Shown piece by piece: positions 47,730 through 54,882 of a stretch of DNA of 64,000 nt. The DNA comes from Bacteroidales bacterium (GTDB lineage: Bacteria; Bacteroidota; Bacteroidia; Bacteroidales; WCHB1-69). The stretch is from contig JAEEQA010000002.1 in the NCBI GenBank assembly GCA_016285085.1, positions 21,390 to 85,389 of the forward strand, in the 5' to 3' direction. The position numbers were made by a program, and so were the translations under genes. Numbering within the stretch: the stretch's first letter is position 1; each line of letters opens with the position of its first letter. A model generated the notes under the pieces. That model was given only the letters and a program-made list of their open reading frames with translations. It searched no databases and had not been told where the DNA came from.

Positions 47730-50700
47730 ATGAAAAAATTTATATTTTTCACGTGTCTGATTTTGGTTATTCATTTGATTTATGGACAGAGTGGAGGCAA
47801 TTTTTATTATGCCGAGGGTCAACAGCATTTCTTTTCAACGGATTCTACATCTGTTAATATCCTTGTCAGAAATATGCAACATTATGACACTATTGCAAAA
47901 GCTATATCTGCTTTTTATTCTGATTCTTCTGAATATGCGGTATACTATGACAATGAAGACGATAACATTATTGTAAGTAGCAAATCTATTGTGCTGCGAA
48001 ATATCGATTCCTTGCTACAACAACTTGCTCCAAATAATAACGACATTGCTTTTATCAGCTATGCCAAACAAATTGGTGGTAGTCATTTTTGGTTAAGGAA
48101 TGAAGTGTATGTGAAATATAGGGATTCTCTTCAAGCTGTAGCAGATTTATCAAATGTTTTATCCTTATACACAGTTGAGCAGGTTGTATATGAAGGTGAT
48201 TATGAATACAGACTGATCATCAACGACGAAAATCAACTATTGAACCTTGCTAATTCGTTATATGATACGTCTAAGGTAATATATTCTACCCCTGACTTTT
48301 ACGGCGAAATAGAACTTAACACCTCCGATACGTATTTTGAAAGACAATGGGGGTTATTGAATATTGGCCAAGAAGGCGGACAATCAGGATATGACATTAA
48401 TGCCGAATTAGCGTGGGATTTTTTAAGTGACCTTTTTGGAAATTCCACATTCCCTACAATCAAGGTGGCAGTCATTGACGATGGTGTTGAAAATCATGAA
48501 GATATGTATGACTCAAATGGGCAAAGTAAGGTCTTACAAGGATGTACTCCAGGATGGACGGACCACGGTGCACCAGTCCCTAAGAGCAAACATGGTGAAT
48601 GTTGCGCTGGTATAATAGCTGCCTCTCACAATTCCATTGGTATAGCCGGAGTTGCAGAAAACACTCAAATAATCCCGATAAGAATCTTCAAAAGAACAAA
48701 TTTAAAAGCATTCAGTTACGCTCGCATTGCAAAAGGTATTACTAAGGCGTGGAAAGAACTTGGTGCAGATATTCTTAGTAACTCTTGGTCTGAAAAAGAT
48801 ATTACTGTATCAAATGACAAATTAAACAATGCTATAACAAAAGCATTGTCAAGTGGTCGTAATAACAAAGGATGCGTTGTTGTTTTTTCTTCAGGGAACA
48901 ATAATACTTTCGTTAACTATCCTGCAAATCAAAGTGGGGTTATTGCAGTTGGAGGTATTGAACGATGTGGCTGGAGAGCAGGGAACCATCTTACTGCATA
49001 TATGTGTGACCATTGGAATGGTTCTTCCTATGGCAGTTGCTTTGGCAGTGCTTTGAGTGTGGTTGCACCTGCAACTAATATTTGGGCTACAGATAGACAG
49101 GGTAATGGGTATGGCTACGATGAATATAGTAAATATATCACATTTAATGGAACATCCGCTGCTTGCCCTCACGTTTCGGGGGTTGCTGCGCTAATGCTAA
49201 GCGTTAATCCCTCTTTAACACAGAATCAAATACACTCTATTATCAATAGTACAGCCCAAAAGATCACTCATTACGAATTCGTCATCAGCAATGGTCACAA
49301 TGATGGCACATGGAACAATGACGTTGGATACGGTCTTGTTGATGCACACAAGGCTGTCTGTGAAGCTAGGTTGTTTGGACATTCCTTTGCCATCCAAGGT
49401 GCAACAACAGTGAACACCTGTTCTAATTATACTTATTCTTTAATTGGGAATTTGCCACCTGAATTCAATATCGTTTGGGAAGTGAATCCCCAAATGATTA
49501 TCATTGAAGGTCAAGGAACCACTCAGGTATTAGTTAAACCCGTATATCCAGCAACAGGAAACACTGTAGTTGCCCATATTTGTCATGGTGGGGAAATAAT
49601 TAGGACTATTGACAATTTAGGATACATTGTTTCTTATGGTACAAACTATTCTATGGCGATTTCGTCAGATAGCACATTGACATCCAATATTATTTGGGGA
49701 GACAAAAGACAATTGGCCTATACTCTTTCCATTGATTCATTGGCTACTCTTACCATTACAGATACTCTGCTTTGCGTTTCTGGTTCCCGCATCATCGTGC
49801 GTCCGGGCGGGAAGCTCATCGTGAACGGCGGCACGCTCACCAATGCGTGCGATGGCGAGATGTGGGAGGGCATCTTCGTGGAAGGCAACCGAGACCTGCG
49901 GCAGCTGGCAACAAGGCAGGGCAGCGTCATCCTTACCAATGCCACCATCGAAAACGCCCGCAACGCCATCTCCACACGGGGCTTTGAAGAAAGCACCTGG
50001 TGGTACAAGACGGGCGGCATCGTTCAGGCCACCAACACGCTGTTCCGCAACAACCGCCGCAGTGTTGAGTTCCTCGACTACGAGAACCACAAGTCAAGCG
50101 GAGGCATCGCCAGCAACGCCAGCCACTTTGACCGTTGCACCTTCACGGTGGACGACGACAACCTGTTCGCTGAAAACGACGCTACCTTCGGCAGCCATGT
50201 GACGATGTGGAAAGTCCGCGGCGTGAAGTTCAACGGCTGCACCTTCCGCAACGAGACGGTTGAGCATGTGGGGCTGACACGGGGCAGTGCCATCACTGCG
50301 GAGGAGGCGGGGTTCTTTGCCCAGCGAGTGTGCCCGCGCGTGTTGCCCCAAGACCCGTGTATGTGCCTTCCGTTGGGCAGCGACACGGTGACGCGCTGCA
50401 GTTTCGAAGGGTTCCACAAAGCGGTGAATGCCACCAACACCTTCGGGAACTACGACATCACCCTCGACAACTGCGACTTCGCCCACAACCACGCGGGTGC
50501 AACGCTGTCTGCAGCGGACAACGCAAGAGTGAGCTTCTGCGACTTCGACCTGTCGGACACGCTCTCCTACTGCGGGATAGAACTCGAAAACAGCACGGGC
50601 TACACGGTGGAGGAAAACTTTTTCCACAGACAGTACAACACCAATGCCTACAAAGTGACCGGAATCTATGTGGGAAACAGCGGCACGTCGGAGAATGTGA

Positions 50701-51995
50701 TCCGCAAGAACAGCTTCAGCAACGTCAATTGGGGAATCGCAGCCACAGGGACAAATGCCCTCAATTCAAGGACAAGGATTCCCGGCCTTCAATTTGAATG
50801 CAATAGTTTTGCTGGTGGCAAGACCGACATTTCTGTGAACAGTGGCACCGTCCGAGGGACACAAGGTTCCGCTTCTGCAGGAGCTGACAACGTGTTCACC
50901 GGCTTGTGGTCAAGCCAGAGCATTGTGCTGTCCGCCGCCAACAACATAACCTATTATTACAGCAATGGAACAAATCATATTCCGAACAATTCCAGCACAG
51001 GGGTGACACCAGTGGGTTCCGCTACGGCCAACGGCTGCGCCTCAAGCCTGTGCGGCATGCAGGTGAACCCGAAGGGCACCGGAACAGCCCTGGCGCAATA
51101 CCGTGCGCTGGCGGAAGAATATGCGGATCTGGCAGAGACGTGGTGCACCGCGTCTCTACAGCCAACCGACACGATGATGCCCGACAATCCGCAGGATGCG
51201 GAAACCGCCACCCTGCAATCGCGGCTGTCGGACCTGTCGGCGGCGATGGGCGACCTTGCCCGCACCGAAATCCGCGCCATCCTGTCCGACACCGTGGTGG
51301 ATATGGCGCTGCTGAAGGAATGGTACCGCGCCATTGTAGAGGCGTGGTGCACCGCGCCTCTACAGGACACCATACAAACCGACATCCCTGTGGCGGCCTA
51401 CCAGCTGGCGGAGGTGTACAGCCACGAGGGGGATTACGCCGCGGCCAACGCCGTGCTGTCCTCCCTCCCTGAACGGTTCAACCCGGACGAGGCCTCGCGG
51501 AACGAATACGGCAACTACCTCGCCCTCCAGCGGCTGCGGGAGAATGTGTCGGGCAACTGGTACCGCCAGACGGACACGGAAATCGCCGACCTGCAACGGG
51601 TGGCGGAATACGACAACGGCCGCGCCGCCCGCATGGCGAAGGAAATCCTCTGTTTCTTCCACCACATCTGTTATGAGGACGAACCGATTCTGCCGGAATT
51701 GTCCGATGGTGCAATCGGGGAACGCAACGCCCGTAGAGACGGGGCGCGCCCCGTCTCTACGACAACCGGCAATCTCACCCTCCACCCCAACCCCGCGCAC
51801 ACCACCCTCACGGTGGAATCCGACAGCCCCGTCCGCGAAATCACCATCTACGACCTGACGGGAAAAACGATGATGACAGTTGGAAATTGTCCGTCGCCCG
51901 CAACCGTAAATGTTGTATCTTTGCCGCGTGGCATCTACCTGCTCCGCGCCGTGACGGAAGAGGGGGCGCAGACAGCACGGTTCGTAAAGAACTGA
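47730..51995 (+). CDS. S8 (subtilisin-family) serine peptidase with parallel beta-helix region and T9SS C-terminal sorting domain
   Basis: 1421 aa. Catalytic motifs VAVIDDGV (Asp), HGECCAGIIAA (His), GTSAACPHVSGVAALM (Ser). Residues ~690-1050 have beta-helix-like repeats (NCxF/NNxA). C-terminus LTLHPNPAHTTLTVES...IYDLTGKTM...GIYLLRAVTEEGAQTARFVKN. Confidence 0.9.
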   Translation: MKKFIFFTCLILVIHLIYGQSGGNFYYAEGQQHFFSTDSTSVNILVRNMQHYDTIAKAISAFYSDSSEYAVYYDNEDDNIIVSSKSIVLRNIDSLLQQLAPNNNDIAFISYAKQIGGSHFWLRNEVYVKYRDSLQAVADLSNVLSLYTVEQVVYEGDYEYRLIINDENQLLNLANSLYDTSKVIYSTPDFYGEIELNTSDTYFERQWGLLNIGQEGGQSGYDINAELAWDFLSDLFGNSTFPTIKVAVIDDGVENHEDMYDSNGQSKVLQGCTPGWTDHGAPVPKSKHGECCAGIIAASHNSIGIAGVAENTQIIPIRIFKRTNLKAFSYARIAKGITKAWKELGADILSNSWSEKDITVSNDKLNNAITKALSSGRNNKGCVVVFSSGNNNTFVNYPANQSGVIAVGGIERCGWRAGNHLTAYMCDHWNGSSYGSCFGSALSVVAPATNIWATDRQGNGYGYDEYSKYITFNGTSAACPHVSGVAALMLSVNPSLTQNQIHSIINSTAQKITHYEFVISNGHNDGTWNNDVGYGLVDAHKAVCEARLFGHSFAIQGATTVNTCSNYTYSLIGNLPPEFNIVWEVNPQMIIIEGQGTTQVLVKPVYPATGNTVVAHICHGGEIIRTIDNLGYIVSYGTNYSMAISSDSTLTSNIIWGDKRQLAYTLSIDSLATLTITDTLLCVSGSRIIVRPGGKLIVNGGTLTNACDGEMWEGIFVEGNRDLRQLATRQGSVILTNATIENARNAISTRGFEESTWWYKTGGIVQATNTLFRNNRRSVEFLDYENHKSSGGIASNASHFDRCTFTVDDDNLFAENDATFGSHVTMWKVRGVKFNGCTFRNETVEHVGLTRGSAITAEEAGFFAQRVCPRVLPQDPCMCLPLGSDTVTRCSFEGFHKAVNATNTFGNYDITLDNCDFAHNHAGATLSAADNARVSFCDFDLSDTLSYCGIELENSTGYTVEENFFHRQYNTNAYKVTGIYVGNSGTSENVIRKNSFSNVNWGIAATGTNALNSRTRIPGLQFECNSFAGGKTDISVNSGTVRGTQGSASAGADNVFTGLWSSQSIVLSAANNITYYYSNGTNHIPNNSSTGVTPVGSATANGCASSLCGMQVNPKGTGTALAQYRALAEEYADLAETWCTASLQPTDTMMPDNPQDAETATLQSRLSDLSAAMGDLARTEIRAILSDTVVDMALLKEWYRAIVEAWCTAPLQDTIQTDIPVAAYQLAEVYSHEGDYAAANAVLSSLPERFNPDEASRNEYGNYLALQRLRENVSGNWYRQTDTEIADLQRVAEYDNGRAARMAKEILCFFHHICYEDEPILPELSDGAIGERNARRDGARPVSTTTGNLTLHPNPAHTTLTVESDSPVREITIYDLTGKTMMTVGNCPSPATVNVVSLPRGIYLLRAVTEEGAQTARFVKN
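51134..51157. repeat. palindromic element inside the S8 peptidase CDS
   Basis: AGAGACGTGGTGCACCGCGTCTCT, translated AETWCTASLQ. Confidence 0.8.
51335..51364. repeat. palindromic element variant inside the S8 peptidase CDS
   Basis: TGTAGAGGCGTGGTGCACCGCGCCTCTACA, translated VEAWCTAPLQ. Confidence 0.85.
51732..51761. repeat. palindromic element inside the S8 peptidase CDS (perfect 30-nt palindrome, GC loop)
   Basis: CGTAGAGACGGGGCGCGCCCCGTCTCTACG, translated RRDGARPVST. Confidence 0.9.
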
Positions 51996-52161
51996 AAATT
52001 GAAAACCTCCTACCTGTCACCTATCACCTTTTACGAACCTGCCGATTAGCCGCCATACTATGACGGCTCTACCAAATTAGAACCGTACCCCCCTTCACTT
52101 CTTAGTTTCTTAACTCCTTAACTCTAAACTTTAGACTTTTCACTTTACCCCCCAAATAGTT
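51991..52161 (+). repeat. G-depleted leader module, copy C (ends at ATG 52162)
   Basis: Starts ACTGAAAATTGAAAACCTCCTACCTGTCACCTATCACC. The TGA inside ACTGAAA is the stop codon of the S8 peptidase. Confidence 0.85.
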
Positions 52162-53340
52162 ATGAAAACACCCCGAACCTTTTTCCGAGCATTTCTCCTT
52201 CTGACGCTGCTGGTGGCGGGAGGGAACATCGCGGTGGCGCAAACAGACAGTTGTGCCGTGAACGTGATCCACACCTATATGAATGGGCGGCTTATCCCGT
52301 GGGACAGCGTGAAAATCAAGGTTTGTGAGCCCCCTTGTGAGAGGCCCTACCATTACCACACTTTTATGCTCTATTGGCCCGACACGTTGCTGACCAATTG
52401 TACAACAGGCATAGAGGAGTACGTCTCGGCACAGGAGACAGAGTTGTCACAAGTCTTTCCAAACCCCTGTGCTGGAACGAGCCAAGTGAAGCTGACCTTA
52501 CGGAATTCAGGAATAGTTTCTGTGAGTGTGATGGATTTGCAAGGACGGCTTTGTTGCCGGAAAACGCTGCAACTTTCGTCTGGCGAGCACCTGTTATCGC
52601 TGACGCTGCCCCAAAACGGGTTCTACTTTGTGCAGGCCGAAAGCCCGCAGGGCAGCGAAGTGTGCAAGGTGCTCTGTACGGAGGGTGAAGGCTCTGATTT
52701 CGACATCCGTCTGACATCCACCTCTTTCCAAACAATGGAAAGGATTGAAAAAGCAAGCAAAGGGGGCGAGGGATTATTCAATATGACGGACAAGATGCTA
52801 ATCACCGCGTACATTACATATACAGGGGAAGTGAGAACTTGGCAATGGAGTATAAATTACGATTTGGAGTTGGATGGGGAAGTGACTAGTGAGTGGATGT
52901 CAAATATTGGATCCCTAAATATTCATTATACTGAAACTGACAGTTGTGATAACTTCACTCTTTCTGACAGAAATTTCAACGTGATTATTGCGAGTAGTAT
53001 TTGTTTGCCAACAATGGAATATCCTGTGGGTTATCGTGTTACATTCTATGATTCAACTTTTTATTCAGAGCCGACCTCCTTAGCAGCATATACAAGTTCC
53101 ACTTGGTATTTTAATGGGTGGTACAAATATCGGTATTACCCCGAAGATCTTGGAGGATGTATTTGCATCGGAGATATAAATGGGGAGATGCCACCTGAAC
53201 ATATTGATTACTATGGACAACTATCACCTTATGATTATTGCATACGACACTTGGACAAATTAACTTGCAATGAATTTAAACTTTATAAATTCACAGTATA
53301 TGGGAATGATGATGTGGAAGTTTTTGTTAGTAACGAATAA
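52162..53340 (+). CDS. secreted protein with an internal T9SS-CTD-like domain, hypothetical
   Basis: 392 aa. Signal peptide MKTPRTFFRAFLLLTLLVAGGNIAVAQ. Residues ~94-175 (LSQVFPNPCAGTSQVKLTL...GFYFVQAESPQGSEVCKVL) look like a Por_Secre_tail but are followed by ~220 more residues. Paralog of the gene at 63292. Confidence 0.65.
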   Translation: MKTPRTFFRAFLLLTLLVAGGNIAVAQTDSCAVNVIHTYMNGRLIPWDSVKIKVCEPPCERPYHYHTFMLYWPDTLLTNCTTGIEEYVSAQETELSQVFPNPCAGTSQVKLTLRNSGIVSVSVMDLQGRLCCRKTLQLSSGEHLLSLTLPQNGFYFVQAESPQGSEVCKVLCTEGEGSDFDIRLTSTSFQTMERIEKASKGGEGLFNMTDKMLITAYITYTGEVRTWQWSINYDLELDGEVTSEWMSNIGSLNIHYTETDSCDNFTLSDRNFNVIIASSICLPTMEYPVGYRVTFYDSTFYSEPTSLAAYTSSTWYFNGWYKYRYYPEDLGGCICIGDINGEMPPEHIDYYGQLSPYDYCIRHLDKLTCNEFKLYKFTVYGNDDVEVFVSNE

Positions 53341-53350
53341 ATTGAAAAAT

Positions 53351-53755
53351 ATGAAAGCAGCAATAAAAATATTGTTTATAGTCTGTGGTTTTATCTTTTT
53401 GTTCGTTTTCCACCCTTGTTTCGGACAAACACAGGACAAAGAAAGCATCTATGACAGACAAGGAAATAAAATATATTTTGACAAGGTAGAGGATGTCTTT
53501 CATATCGGATTTGCAGAAGGAACGGAGGCTAATACAAGAAATGAGGTACTAGCAGATCTTTCAAATATTGCTAACTACACTATGTTTCCCGACAGTTCGT
53601 ATCGTCTTATTATAAAACAAGGCTGTTCTGCTTTTTTCAAAGAAAAAGCATTAAAGAACAATGTTGTGACCTATTGTACCACCTTACAATACCGACGATT
53701 AGACGCACAACCGTGCGTCTCTACATACATTTTCCTCTTAACTCTTGACTCTTGA
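53351..53755 (+). CDS. small secreted protein, hypothetical
   Basis: Start at MKAAIKILFIVCGFIFLF (ATG 53351 inside the track ORF 53270). The C-terminal 20 codons run through a palindromic repeat and into the CTCTTRA array. Confidence 0.5.
   Translation: MKAAIKILFIVCGFIFLFVFHPCFGQTQDKESIYDRQGNKIYFDKVEDVFHIGFAEGTEANTRNEVLADLSNIANYTMFPDSSYRLIIKQGCSAFFKEKALKNNVVTYCTTLQYRRLDAQPCVSTYIFLLTLDS
53701..53724. repeat. palindromic element, left arm partly degraded
   Basis: AGACGCACAACCGTGCGTCTCTAC, in the last codons of the 53351 CDS (DAQPCVSTY). Confidence 0.7.
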
Positions 53756-53832
53756 CTCTTGACTCTTGACTCTTGACTCTTGACTCTTAACTCTTAACTC
53801 TTAACTCTTAACTCTTAACTCTTAACTTCTAA
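53735..53832 (+). repeat. tandem heptamer array CTCTTAA x1, CTCTTGA x6, CTCTTAA x6, CTTCTAA x1
   Basis: Counted by hand. The stop of the plus-strand gene (53755) and the stop of lspA (53829-53831, minus strand) both lie inside it. Confidence 0.9.
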
Positions 53833-54407
53833 CTCCCCGCCTCTTCCTTCTTATCCGAAAAATCCTTTAAGAAGAACAGCAGGCCGATGAGTCCCACGGT
53901 GACACAGCTGTCGGCGAAGTTGAAAATGGCAGGGAAGAAATACTCGCCGCCGAAGACCGGGAACCAGTCGGGCAGCAGGAACAGCGGGAAGTAGAACATA
54001 TCGACCACGCTTCCGTACAAAAACGGCGCGTAGCCGAAAATCACGCCGTAAAACAGGGAGTCAACGATATTGCCGATCGCGCCGGCCAGCACCATCGACG
54101 AAAGGATAACCGTGCCCGTGCGCAACTTCCCCAATTTAATCAGTTTGAACACATAGTAGGTCAGGAACCCGACCACGCCGATGCGGAAGAGCGACAGCAG
54201 CAGTTTGCCGATATTCTGACCAAAACTCACGCCGAAGGCAATCCCTTCGTTTTCGACAAAATGAAGAAGGAACCAGTGCCCGATGACGGGAATGGTTTCT
54301 CCGGGGGTCATGTTCGTTCTGACCAAAATCTTGATAATCTGGTCAATGACAACCAACACAACCATAACGATGATGGCCGTGAGGGTTAATTTCTTGCTCT
54401 TTTCCAC
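53829..54407 (-). CDS. lspA: lipoprotein signal peptidase (signal peptidase II)
   Basis: 192 aa. FVENEGIAFG, GAIGNIVDS, IFNFADS motifs. 4 TM helices. Confidence 0.9.
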   Translation of the reverse strand: MEKSKKLTLTAIIVMVVLVVIDQIIKILVRTNMTPGETIPVIGHWFLLHFVENEGIAFGVSFGQNIGKLLLSLFRIGVVGFLTYYVFKLIKLGKLRTGTVILSSMVLAGAIGNIVDSLFYGVIFGYAPFLYGSVVDMFYFPLFLLPDWFPVFGGEYFFPAIFNFADSCVTVGLIGLLFFLKDFSDKKEEAGS

Positions 54408-54419
54408 CTTGCAGAAGTT

Positions 54420-54812
54420 CTATTTACGTTGGTTTTTGGCTTCCACGCTGAGGGTGGCGTGAGGCACGCAGCGAAGGCGTTCCTTGGGAATCAGCTTGCC
54501 GGTGACGCGGCAGATGCCGTACGTCTTGTTCTCAATACGTCCCAAAGCGGCTTCCAGGTTGTTGATGAATTTCTCCAGACGGGCGGCCTGCTGGGCGTTC
54601 TCTTCCTTGGCCAACACGTTGCTTCCCTCCTCCAGGTACTTGAACGACGGCGACGTGTCGAGCTCTTCATTGGAATTTCCGGTCGCTTCGACATAAAATT
54701 CCAGACTTTTTTTGGCTTCGGCAATCTTTGCCAGTATAATTTGGCGGAATTCCTCCAACTCTTCGTCAGAATAGCGGACGGGAACCTCGGGGTTTTGTAC
54801 GTTCTCTTCCAT
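54420..54812 (-). CDS. DksA/TraR-family protein
   Basis: 130 aa. Coiled-coil N-terminal part and C-terminal YGICRVTGKLIPKERLRCVPHATL (Bacteroidota-type degenerate zinc finger). Confidence 0.7.
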   Translation of the reverse strand: MEENVQNPEVPVRYSDEELEEFRQIILAKIAEAKKSLEFYVEATGNSNEELDTSPSFKYLEEGSNVLAKEENAQQAARLEKFINNLEAALGRIENKTYGICRVTGKLIPKERLRCVPHATLSVEAKNQRK

Positions 54813-54837
54813 AGTTACTGGTTTTTAAAGTGAGCGG

Positions 54838-54845
54838 CAAAAATA
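54838..54845 (-). promoter_or_regulatory. -7 box TATTTTTG (dksA-like/lspA)
   Basis: TAnnTTTGCCGC, 26 nt before ATG 54812. Confidence 0.5.
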
Positions 54846-54857
54846 ATAAAAAAAACG

Positions 54858-54865
54858 TACTTTTG
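54858..54865 (+). promoter_or_regulatory. -7 box TACTTTTG (CCA-type nucleotidyltransferase)
   Basis: 18 nt before ATG 54883. Confidence 0.5.
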
Positions 54866-54882
54866 CACGCTTTTTGTGAAAT

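Noticed and set aside
42210-53760. The AT-rich island as a prophage, ICE or transposon.
   Set aside because: It has no integrase, transposase, or conjugation, phage-structural or replication genes. It has no flanking direct repeats or tRNA attachment site. Its content is entirely secreted or surface proteins plus a LytTR regulator.
53735-53832. Tandem repeat arrays (also 40754-40816 and 62804-62873) as possible CRISPR arrays.
   Set aside because: The units are 7 nt with no unique spacers, and no cas genes are in the window. They are micro- or minisatellite-type arrays, not CRISPR.
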